This document shows positions 50,545 through 58,787 of a stretch of DNA of 64,000 nucleotides, one piece after another. Position numbers and translations under genes: made by a program. Source of the DNA: Nitrosarchaeum sp. (lineage in GTDB: Archaea; Thermoproteota; Nitrososphaeria; Nitrososphaerales; Nitrosopumilaceae); NCBI GenBank assembly GCA_965223865.1, contig OZ245020.1, forward strand, positions 288,001 to 352,000. The letters run 5' to 3'. The notes under the pieces were generated by a model. The model had not been told where the DNA came from. It made no database searches and saw nothing but the letters and a program-made list of their open reading frames with translations. The first letter of the stretch is position 1, and every line of letters begins with the position of its first letter.

Positions 50545-50808
50545 TTAGTATTTGTTACTAAGGATCTTCTTTTTAAGAATAAAACTTCTAATTATAATAT
50601 ACCAAATAAAGAAAATTGCTCCAACAATTCCCATAAACACCCAATTTTGTATTTCAGGAGTCAATCCTTCAAAGGAATTTGTTATTTCTCGTGAAACTAA
50701 CATTGAAATTGCAATAACAATTCCAAATTCTATTGCATACCATGTCCAGTTAGGCCATGATTCTTTTGGAACATGAACATTTGGATGTGCCCCCATGAAT
50801 GTTGTCAA
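50545..50808 (-). CDS. Small two-TM membrane protein
   Basis: Two hydrophobic segments and a basic tail. Confidence 0.65.
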   Translation of the reverse strand: MTTFMGAHPNVHVPKESWPNWTWYAIEFGIVIAISMLVSREITNSFEGLTPEIQNWVFMGIVGAIFFIWYIIIRSFILKKKILSNKY

Positions 50809-50837
50809 AAAGATTGATTATTTAATTTTTCACTACA

Positions 50838-51395
50838 TTATAGTAGGTTATCAGAAGGGCGTCTTCTAATCATAGCCATAATGTTCTCTTTTTCTTCCTT
50901 GTTTTCGTAAACCCCTCTATATGCTGATGAAGAAAGCATTGCATCATTTCTGACTCCACGCATCTTCATGCACAAATGTTCTGCATCTGCTAAAACTACC
51001 ACACCTTTTACTCCCTGAGCATACAACTCATCAGCAATATCTTTGGTGAGTCTTTCTTGAATTTGCAGTCTCTTTGAGAATTTTTCTACTAATCTTACTA
51101 GTTTTGATATTCCAAAAACCCTTCCATTGGGGGAGTAGGCAATGTGAATTTTGCCAAAAAACGGAAGCATGTGATGTTCACACATTGAATAAAACTGAAT
51201 ATTTCTGGCAACAACTACGTCAGAATCTTCTGAAAACTGTACAGATAGACCCGAATCTGATTCATATCCACTAAATATTTCCTTGTACATATCTGCAATC
51301 CTCTCAGGAGTATCCCTTAATCCCTCTCGAGTGGGATCTTCTCCGATTTCAATAATTAATTCCCTAACAAGTTTTTTAACACGTTCTTTGTCCAT
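50838..51395 (-). CDS. folE: GTP cyclohydrolase I (type IA)
   Basis: GEDPTREGL.DTP.R, SMCEHHMLPF.G, GISKL.R, RLQIQER, HLCM.MRGV. Confidence 0.96.
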   Translation of the reverse strand: MDKERVKKLVRELIIEIGEDPTREGLRDTPERIADMYKEIFSGYESDSGLSVQFSEDSDVVVARNIQFYSMCEHHMLPFFGKIHIAYSPNGRVFGISKLVRLVEKFSKRLQIQERLTKDIADELYAQGVKGVVVLADAEHLCMKMRGVRNDAMLSSSAYRGVYENKEEKENIMAMIRRRPSDNLL

Positions 51396-51458
51396 TTTAT
51401 GATCACAGAGATTTATGCTAGTATTTGAACCTAATCGATTTTTTTACGCTAGAGATAA

Positions 51459-52172
51459 CTATGGAGCGCCAATTAATTTATGAAGTTGTGGTACTACTTT
51501 GACATCACGATAATGTGGATAGACAGAATCATAAAATTCTAAAAGTAGCTCCAAGGAGGGTTCAGCTACTCCAAAAGTTGGTTGTATAATAAATCCATCA
51601 ATCTCTTTTTTTGAAATAGTATTGAAGATTTTAGTTACGAGAAACTTGAAATCAGCTAATTTTGTTTTAGAGCTTACAACAATTTTGATATATGTTGTTT
51701 TTTTAGCTGATACTGATAACTCTAGGCATTTAATAGCATTTTCAATGAGTGTATCATAGTGTTTAGAATCAACAAAATTAGAATCTCTTGTCTTAAATTC
51801 TATTTTTACAATATCAATATGTGGTAAAACAATGCTGAATCTTTTTGAATCAAAACAGGATGATTCAAGGTAGGTAGGAATTTTTTTTGATTGAACATAT
51901 TTTGCAAGTTCAGCTACAGCTTGATGTTGAATTAATGGATCACCACCTGTAAAATTTACTTTGAATGTTTTATCTTTGAGATTACCGTCAATAAGTTTGA
52001 ATACCTCCTCCAATGAATATTCACTGCCTGAATCTAGAGGTAAAGATTCTTTTGTATCGCAATAAAAACAAGTAAAGGGACATCCAGCTAACCTGACAAA
52101 AAGAGTCTTTGTACCAAAAAGAATTCCTTCTCCTTCAACTGAAGTGAATATCTCAAATAATCTAACTTTCAA
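51459..52172 (-). CDS. queE: 7-carboxy-7-deazaguanine synthase (radical SAM)
   Basis: EIFTSVEGEG, FVRLAGCPFTCFYCDT, TGGDP, PQLHK. Confidence 0.9.
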   Translation of the reverse strand: MKVRLFEIFTSVEGEGILFGTKTLFVRLAGCPFTCFYCDTKESLPLDSGSEYSLEEVFKLIDGNLKDKTFKVNFTGGDPLIQHQAVAELAKYVQSKKIPTYLESSCFDSKRFSIVLPHIDIVKIEFKTRDSNFVDSKHYDTLIENAIKCLELSVSAKKTTYIKIVVSSKTKLADFKFLVTKIFNTISKKEIDGFIIQPTFGVAEPSLELLLEFYDSVYPHYRDVKVVPQLHKLIGAP

Positions 52173-52215
52173 TAATTTGTAGAAATTGTTTTCATTATTT
52201 ATTCAATGAGTCTTT

Positions 52216-52416
52216 TCAATGCATAACAGGTTCTTTTGTATAAAATAAGCCTGAAATAAAGATAACAACGCCTAGAATACCAATTAGACTTCCAACGAAT
52301 TCCACAGTATTTCGCATTTCTCCTTCAACAGGAGCCCAAAGCCACGCCATAAGAGCTCCAACTACAATCATTGGAATGCCTACTCCAACAGTAATTGCTT
52401 TAGAAGCCATGCTCAC
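52216..52416 (-). CDS. Small two-TM membrane protein
   Basis: Two Gly-rich hydrophobic helices. Confidence 0.7.
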   Translation of the reverse strand: MSMASKAITVGVGIPMIVVGALMAWLWAPVEGEMRNTVEFVGSLIGILGVVIFISGLFYTKEPVMH

Positions 52417-52451
52417 TCTGTTTTGAAAATGTATATGAAGTTTATGATAAT

Positions 52452-53459
52452 TTATGAGCTAGATTTTATGGCTTGCTTAAGTTGATCTATTAAACTGCTA
52501 AGAAGTTCTTTTGCATTATCAACTTCACCGTCTGATAATTGAAGTTTGATTTTTTGCAGATTTTCTTTGGCATTTTCTATAATTTCTGGATCTACTTTAT
52601 CCGAATTATCTAATTTGGATATGGTTCTTTCAACTATTATGATTTTTGATTCCAATGCATTATTTTGGTTTAGTTTGTGCTCATTCTTTAAAGAAATAAT
52701 TTCTCGTACTTGTTGGATTATTTGCGTAGAAGTTGAGGCAGAAGAAAGTTTTTCTCTTGCATCCTCTAGTTTTTTGATTACATCATCAGGTACTCCTTGA
52801 TTTTTTACACTTTGAATTAGTCTATCTAGTTGTTCAAGGTATTGCTGAGCATATCTCTTTGCATGTTCAGATTTTTGTTGTGAGGATTGATCACCAAGTT
52901 GTTTCTTAATATCATTAACTGCTAGTTTGATTGCACTGATTGTCTCCTGAGCATCACCAAATTGTTTGGAGATAATCTGTTCTCTTGCTTTAGTAAATAG
53001 ATTATTTATCTCAGTAGAGTCAAATGACATGTTATTTTTTTCAGCTATTGTTTTCAGAGTAGAATAATACCTATGGAGTTTTAGTAAATCGCTTGTAGGA
53101 TTATTTGTTGCTGCTTTTGTTGAAGCAATTTCAGCTTTAGGAGTGTCATTCTGAGTTAACAATTGCGATATCTGTTTGAAGATTTTCATAGCAGAAAAGA
53201 AATTTTTCTTTGAAGACTCACTATCGTTTTTACTAAGCGCTGTACTTAGAGCATCTACATGATTAGAGCCTTCTTGGAATAATTTCTTTATTTGATTTGA
53301 AGAGTCATCTGAAATATGGTTTTTAATTTGATCTTGTGCTTTTTTAGCAATTTTAAGTAAAATTCCAGATTCATCTTCAGCTGCTGCAGGAGCTGTCATT
53401 CCTCCTAACATCATAATTGCAACTAAAACTGACAAACCAAATAATGCTATTTTTTTCAT
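52452..53459 (-). CDS. Secreted all-helical repeat protein
   Basis: Signal peptide MKKIALFGLSVLVAIMMLGGMTAPAAA; amphipathic helix repeats; 4-nt overlap with the upstream gene. Confidence 0.75.
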   Translation of the reverse strand: MKKIALFGLSVLVAIMMLGGMTAPAAAEDESGILLKIAKKAQDQIKNHISDDSSNQIKKLFQEGSNHVDALSTALSKNDSESSKKNFFSAMKIFKQISQLLTQNDTPKAEIASTKAATNNPTSDLLKLHRYYSTLKTIAEKNNMSFDSTEINNLFTKAREQIISKQFGDAQETISAIKLAVNDIKKQLGDQSSQQKSEHAKRYAQQYLEQLDRLIQSVKNQGVPDDVIKKLEDAREKLSSASTSTQIIQQVREIISLKNEHKLNQNNALESKIIIVERTISKLDNSDKVDPEIIENAKENLQKIKLQLSDGEVDNAKELLSSLIDQLKQAIKSSS

Positions 53460-54547
53460 TCCTCTTCCTCCAATTCTTTTTTTATCTTAACCATGTTTTG
53501 TAGATCTTTTTTAGTGATTTCAACTACTCCTAATCTTTCTAATCTCTTTACAGCTCTCCACATAGTTGTTCTAGGTTGAAGAAACTTTTTTCTGAGTTCA
53601 CTCTCAAGTACTTGACCACCATTTTGTGAGATGAATTTTACAATTTCTTTATCATCTTCTCTCATATCCGGTCTAAGATTGAAAATTGACTCTACATCTA
53701 CAGTTTCGGTTTTTTGTTTTTCAATAATTGATTCATCTTTTGTTACTGTGGATATTGACTTTGACTGTTTTTTCTTAAGAATTAATGAGATGCCAGCTAC
53801 TGCAGCAATGATTGGACCTGCAATCATTGCTGCAGTGGAGTAATCAAGAGAGGATTCGGGTGGATTGGTTGGTGGATTGGTTGGTGGATTGGTTGGTGGA
53901 TTGGTTGGTGGATTGGTTGGTGGATTGGTTGGTGGATTGGTTGGTGGAATTGTTACAGAGCTAAAAATGTAATTTATCTCTGAAGAACCACTAGCGAAAT
54001 CTAATCTTGTTTGTTCATCCACTAATTCCATGTTTGTAGGTAATGCACTCATACCGACAATTACGGAATTTTCAGGCATAAATAAAGAATAGTCAGAAGG
54101 AGAATCAAATGAAAAGGTCCAAACCCGTCCTTCTTTAGAAACTAAATCATGAATATCATAATCAATAGTAATACTAGATGAGCCAAAAGTGTCAATAATT
54201 ACATTATTTTCTATTATTTCACTAGATAAAAGAAAGCCATTTTCTCCTATCGCCACAAAATTATCAATTGATGGACCAAAGAGATTAACTTCAAAATCAG
54301 GGTCTAATGGATCAACCTCTATCTCAGAGAATACATGTGTCGAACCATCAGAATAAACGATAAGTTCAAGAGTACGAGTAGAGCCGAATGAGGTTTGAGT
54401 GGGCATCGCAATAGCCACAACAAGTAAGCCTACAATAATCAAAGGGGCTTTAGTCATTGTTTCGAGGATACTCCCATTCCTTACAAAAAGCATTCCATCT
54501 TCTCGAAGAGACTCTTCAATAGAGATCAGGGCCAGTTTAGAGTTCAT
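53456..54547 (-). CDS. Membrane-spanning transcription regulator: extracellular beta domain, PPTN stalk, TM, cytoplasmic wHTH
   Basis: Signal-like MTKAPLIIVGLLVVAIAMP (likely true start), TM MIAGPIIAAVAGISLILKKK, DDKEIVKFI..GG.V.ESELRKKF..PRTTMWRAVKRLERLGVVEI. Confidence 0.82.
   Translation of the reverse strand: MNSKLALISIEESLREDGMLFVRNGSILETMTKAPLIIVGLLVVAIAMPTQTSFGSTRTLELIVYSDGSTHVFSEIEVDPLDPDFEVNLFGPSIDNFVAIGENGFLLSSEIIENNVIIDTFGSSSITIDYDIHDLVSKEGRVWTFSFDSPSDYSLFMPENSVIVGMSALPTNMELVDEQTRLDFASGSSEINYIFSSVTIPPTNPPTNPPTNPPTNPPTNPPTNPPTNPPESSLDYSTAAMIAGPIIAAVAGISLILKKKQSKSISTVTKDESIIEKQKTETVDVESIFNLRPDMREDDKEIVKFISQNGGQVLESELRKKFLQPRTTMWRAVKRLERLGVVEITKKDLQNMVKIKKELEEEE
53859..53948. repeat. 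Perfect 12-bp tandem repeat (GGTGGATTGGTT) x7.5, encoding (PPTN)7-PP on the minus strand
   Basis: Read directly; all units identical. Confidence 0.97.
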
Positions 54548-54550
54548 TGG

Positions 54551-54838
54551 CTAATACCTGAGGTTCATGCTTTCTACGAGTCCCTGAAACCTCTTGAATT
54601 CCTGGAAAAATTGCAGTCCCTTTTCTGTAATCAAAAAGACTCTATTTCTATCATTTTTGACGGACTCGACTAAGCCTGCTTCTACCAGTTTCTCACATTT
54701 GTCTAGTACTGCATAGTGAGATAGGTTAGCTTTGCGAGAAATTGCAGATACAATGACTCCATTACGTCCGCCATCAGCGGTTACGTCTAAGATATCACCC
54801 ATTATGCCCATTTCGGACCTGTATTGTTGTTTTGACAT
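54551..54838 (-). CDS. Small archaeal winged-helix transcription regulator
   Basis: YRSEMGIMGDIL, ISRKANLSH, LVEAGLV, ITEKG. Confidence 0.88.
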   Translation of the reverse strand: MSKQQYRSEMGIMGDILDVTADGGRNGVIVSAISRKANLSHYAVLDKCEKLVEAGLVESVKNDRNRVFLITEKGLQFFQEFKRFQGLVESMNLRY

Positions 54839-54881
54839 GTGTTAGTGTATAACTCGTTGATTAATGAGGAATATTTTGAAA

Positions 54882-54908
54882 CTTTATAGCGGAACGCAAA
54901 GCGGAACG
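54882..54908 (-). promoter_or_regulatory. Direct-repeat operator AGCGGAACG-caa-AGCGGAACG abutting a minus-strand TATAAAG
   Basis: 9-bp GC-rich direct repeat with 12-bp period (54888-54896, 54900-54908) in an AT-rich intergenic region upstream of the wHTH operon. Confidence 0.6.
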
Positions 54909-55318
54909 GGTATTTCATAGTAAAAAATTATCCAAAATTATGATTTTTAAATGAAGGAAAGGAAATTCTGATATTTATGACGCCTAGAAATTTTATAAAG
55001 AAATCTCATTTTTTGGATATTCTTTCAAGTTTTAGAAATTAGCTAAAAGTGAGAAATTTTGACGATTTTTTGGTTTTTTAGTATATAAGGAACAGGGCAA
55101 CTTTTGTTGTTTCTACATGAAAATTATTGAAAATGTGTTTAATGTAAGAATTTACAAAGAAATTATTGATTTTGTTAATTCAAACCATTCAGATACATTG
55201 TCCTAGAAGCATCCTATGATGATATTAGAATGAAAATTTGGAGGGAAATAATGATCAAAAAATCAACTTTTGAGACTCATAATAACTTTTTATTCTTACT
55301 TTAGAAAAGTAATCATAA

Positions 55319-55786
55319 ATGTTTGATAAATTCAAAAAAGAGGATGGAGAAATGGTAGAAGAAATGAAAGAAGAGTCAAATGTTGAGTCAGAGCCATCTA
55401 CATCTACAGAATCATCAAGTGAGATCGGAATTGGTAATCTAATGGATAAGCGTGCCAAATTAGAAGAGGCGATAGATTATGTTGGATTAATGATTAAGAA
55501 TCTTAAGGACAAGAGAACAAATCTAGAAAAAGAGATTGAAGAAGAGTCAGTAGATATTAAAAATCTCAAAGAAAAACTTCAAAAAGTAAGTGAGTATATT
55601 GAGGAGGAAAATCAAGGAATTAAACAATTAGCAAATAAGAGAAATCAAGTCGAAAAAGAGGCTGACGAGGTAGGTTCTATAATCAATAGTCTGAGGGATA
55701 GATTATCTGGAATTGATAGAATAATTGACAATGAAGGTAATAGAGTTAAAAAAATTAAGGAATCCAGAGAATCCCTAGAAAGGTAA
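55319..55786 (+). CDS. Acidic coiled-coil protein
   Basis: Continuous heptad pattern over about 110 aa after an acidic, Ser-rich N-terminus. Confidence 0.8.
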   Translation: MFDKFKKEDGEMVEEMKEESNVESEPSTSTESSSEIGIGNLMDKRAKLEEAIDYVGLMIKNLKDKRTNLEKEIEEESVDIKNLKEKLQKVSEYIEEENQGIKQLANKRNQVEKEADEVGSIINSLRDRLSGIDRIIDNEGNRVKKIKESRESLER

Positions 55787-55789
55787 AAT

Positions 55790-56437
55790 TTAGTAAAATT
55801 TTGAAGAATTTGTAGTTGTTGCGTGTGCATCAGCAGGCACTGAAGGGAACATTTGGCCAGTTGAACTCTCTGCAACAGCTGCTGCTTCTTGAAGAATTTT
55901 ATCAGATTCGGAGTTTGTTGAATCATCTATTCCAAATGATCCTTCACTTGAGAAACTATCAGTCATGAATCCTCCTAGCATTTCTGCCATTTGGCTGATT
56001 TCTTGGTCAGCTCCAGGCATGAATTTTGCCAGTGATGATTTTAGATTTTTCATCAAGCCCAGTGTAGGCATGATGGTTACAACAGTATCTCCAAGATCAT
56101 GATATGTTGTTAATCTCAATTCAATTTGTTCTAAGGCAATTCTTGCATTACCTAAAATTTTTAACACTTTTCTTACTTCAGCTAATTCTTTTGATAAGAC
56201 TCTGCTTGTACTTACATCATGTGATTGAGTAGCCTCGACAATTCTCTGGAAAAGCTTCCCATCTCTCTCTTTTAATTTGGTAATCATTGAATCTAGTTTA
56301 GCAATTTGAGTTTGTAATCGCTTAATTCCACTTTGAACTTTAGGTTTTAATGGACCCTTTGGTTTAATAGCATCATTAATCTTATCACCAATTCCTGGTT
56401 GATATTGCTTTGTCCATTTATTTTGGAAGTTTGGCAA
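55790..56437 (-). CDS. cdvB: ESCRT-III/Snf7 CdvB paralogue
   Basis: KELAEVRK, LEQIELRL, DKILQEAAAVAE; aligns end to end with 30777..31427; TTG start. Confidence 0.88.
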   Translation of the reverse strand: MPNFQNKWTKQYQPGIGDKINDAIKPKGPLKPKVQSGIKRLQTQIAKLDSMITKLKERDGKLFQRIVEATQSHDVSTSRVLSKELAEVRKVLKILGNARIALEQIELRLTTYHDLGDTVVTIMPTLGLMKNLKSSLAKFMPGADQEISQMAEMLGGFMTDSFSSEGSFGIDDSTNSESDKILQEAAAVAESSTGQMFPSVPADAHATTTNSSKFY

Positions 56438-56460
56438 TGGTTTTGGTCATAGAGTTTATA

Positions 56461-56512
56461 CTTAATTTCAAGTGTGAATATTGCTTCACAGTTCATAAAA
56501 TTTGTCTAACAA
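56461..56512 (-). promoter_or_regulatory. cdvB promoter with the shared elements plus palindrome TGTGAA-N6-TTCACA (56473-56490)
   Basis: CTTAAT, GTGT and AAATTTnnCTAACAA (plus strand) at offsets identical to 31451-31502. Confidence 0.6.
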
Positions 56513-56998
56513 GAAGATAAGGTAAATATGTAAAATAATCAAATTTTGAGAAAAAGTTTTTGTAAAATGATTGAGGAGATAAAGTTATTATTCATTAATT
56601 CTTTGCAAAAAAACATTTTTTCATTTTATAAAAAAAGGTTGTTAAAATTCATTGAAATATTTAGCCAAAATTAAAGATTCTTCAATTAACTAAAATTTGC
56701 TTTCCCGTATATTTTTGCGTTTACATCTATCTTAATCTGTATTATGTTGCTTTAATTTTGTAATATTATTTAAAAATGAGATCTAGAACCAATTTATTAA
56801 CATATGATCTTATTGGGTTTTTTCTGATGTGTTGAGGTTAATGCATCAATTCTTTTACAATTCTAAAAAAATTGATTAGAATAAACAATTATTAAAAATC
56901 AGAATTTTTAAAGGAATATTATTTCATTTGAATACTTCTATATTCATTTAATAATTTAATTTCATTGAACTTAGAAATTTATTTTTATTAGATAATTA

Positions 56999-57442
56999 TT
57001 GGATTTTTTGTTGAATAAAAAAATTGTAATTATACCCATCATAATTCTGGCTATTAGTTTAGTAATTCTTTCTTCTTCTAATGATAATGAGAAAATTGAC
57101 AAAACCATTTTTCATGTAACATTGGCAGATCCTAAAATGTATCACGAAGGGATATTTTCCGATGTTTTTTCGGTAGAAGCAGGAAAATATTTTTTTAGAT
57201 TTGTTCCAAATGGAGACAGCCCTAAATCTCTATCAATTTCATTAAAAGGAGAAAATTTTGATTTTAATGAAAATTTCAAATTAAATGGCACATCACATGA
57301 AACGGGTATTTCACAATATTATACTTGGGATTATGATGGACAAAAAGAAATTAACATTTTTGAATCTCAAGATGTTATTATTCAAATCAATCCAAATGGA
57401 AATTATTTGGGAACCGTATCAGTTGATATTATAGAAAATTAA
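56999..57442 (+). CDS. Hypothetical N-terminally anchored or secreted beta-rich protein
   Basis: Hydrophobic N-terminus; FHVTLADP..Y, YFFRFVPNGDSP. Confidence 0.7.
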   Translation: MDFLLNKKIVIIPIIILAISLVILSSSNDNEKIDKTIFHVTLADPKMYHEGIFSDVFSVEAGKYFFRFVPNGDSPKSLSISLKGENFDFNENFKLNGTSHETGISQYYTWDYDGQKEINIFESQDVIIQINPNGNYLGTVSVDIIEN

Positions 57443-57577
57443 GAAAGGCGCAAACCCCTTAAACTGCAGAACTCTGAGAGATTTCCTCTCGTTGTCAGGT
57501 CGTCATTACGCCTGATTGCCTTTTTCGTTCTGCGGGGCCACGCAGTTTTAGTCGATGAGATTTGTATCCATCGGCAT
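57443..57577 (-). ncRNA. Candidate ~135-nt highly structured, pseudoknotted RNA
   Basis: GC-rich island with at least seven complementary segment pairs; minus-strand TTAAATA at 57606-57600, 23-29 nt upstream; U-rich 3' end. Confidence 0.65.
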
Positions 57578-57795
57578 TAATTTCTATAGGAAGTTTAACT
57601 ATTTAACATTTAGTATAAAAAATTATAAAAAAAATCTAGTTTTATAAGAAAATTTATGACTTAATTTGTAATTGTTTATCATTGACAAAAAAAATTCCGA
57701 AGATTTGAAAAATTAGATTTTGTAATTTAGTAAAAGTGAGAGTTTGGTAAAAAAAATCACTGATCTATAAATTACGACCTTGATGAAAAAAGCAG

Positions 57796-58539
57796 GTGAG
57801 TCTTTCAGGCAAGGTTGCTTTGGTAACTGGTGGGAGTAGGGGTATTGGGTTTTCTACCGCAAAGATATTTTCAGAAAATGGTGCTAGTGTTGTTATCACA
57901 TCCAAGGATTCTTCTAGACTTGAAAATTCGGTACAAAATCTATCCAATACTATAGGATTGGCAGCTGATATTAGAAATGAAAATAGTGTAAGAAAAGTAG
58001 TAGAGAAAACAGTAGAGATTTTTGGAAAAATAGATATTTTAGTAAATAATGCTGGAATATTTCCGAAAATAAAGCCATTACATGAAATTGATGAATCTGA
58101 ATGGCAAGAAATTTTAGATGTAAATCTTACAGGACAATTTAGATTTACTAAAGCTTCTATTCCCTATTTGAAAAAAACTTCAGGTTCAATAATTAATATT
58201 TCATCAGATGCAGGTTTAAAGGCATATGAGGGGTTTAATGCAGATGCATATTCTGCCTCCAAAGCAGCATTAATCATACTTACAAAATGTTGGGCATTAG
58301 AATATGCAAAAAATAAGATTCGAGTTAATTGTATTTGTCCAGGGGTAGTTGATACTGATATGACAAAACCATTTTTGAAGACCAATAAAGATAGAGAATT
58401 TATGGACAATGAACATCCAATTGGACGAATTGGTAAGCCGGAGGAAGTAGCCAAAGCAATCTTGTATTTTGCCTCAGATGATGCAGCATGGACTACAGGC
58501 GCGGTGTTAACAGTTGATGGAGGAGAATCTATCAAGTAA
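57796..58539 (+). CDS. SDR oxidoreductase (FabG-like)
   Basis: TGGSRGIG, NNAG, YSASK, IRVNCICPG, VDGG. Confidence 0.92.
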   Translation: MSLSGKVALVTGGSRGIGFSTAKIFSENGASVVITSKDSSRLENSVQNLSNTIGLAADIRNENSVRKVVEKTVEIFGKIDILVNNAGIFPKIKPLHEIDESEWQEILDVNLTGQFRFTKASIPYLKKTSGSIINISSDAGLKAYEGFNADAYSASKAALIILTKCWALEYAKNKIRVNCICPGVVDTDMTKPFLKTNKDREFMDNEHPIGRIGKPEEVAKAILYFASDDAAWTTGAVLTVDGGESIK

Positions 58540-58580
58540 ATTCACATGGATTTAATACAGCAAAATGAGTAGCTAGAATA

Positions 58581-58787
58581 ATGACTGACAAGAAGAAAAA
58601 AGCAAAACTGATAATCCTTTTGGGGGTGATTTGGGTAGTGATAACCTTGCCTTTACCATGGATAATTAATAACCCGGAAGTTTCAAGTGAGCAATTTAAC
58701 ATAATTTTGTCAATTATTGGAGTAATGTCAGTTCCATTTATTGTCCTAGGGGTAGTATGGACGTTAAAGCCGGAATTAACTACCTAG
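58581..58787 (+). CDS. Small two-TM membrane protein
   Basis: Basic N-terminus and two hydrophobic helices. Confidence 0.7.
   Translation: MTDKKKKAKLIILLGVIWVVITLPLPWIINNPEVSSEQFNIILSIIGVMSVPFIVLGVVWTLKPELTT

Noticed and set aside
53859-53948. CRISPR array
   Set aside because: 12-bp units without spacers, in frame inside a CDS; no cas genes
56513-56998. Replication origin in the long AT-rich gap (also 54910-55318)
   Set aside because: No repeated ORB-like boxes recognised and no cdc6/orc1 nearby; short ORFs here look like low-complexity noise
57443-57577. Cobalamin, SAM-I, c-di-GMP or glmS riboswitch
   Set aside because: Only 5-7-nt resemblances; core motifs absent and no plausible regulated gene directly downstream
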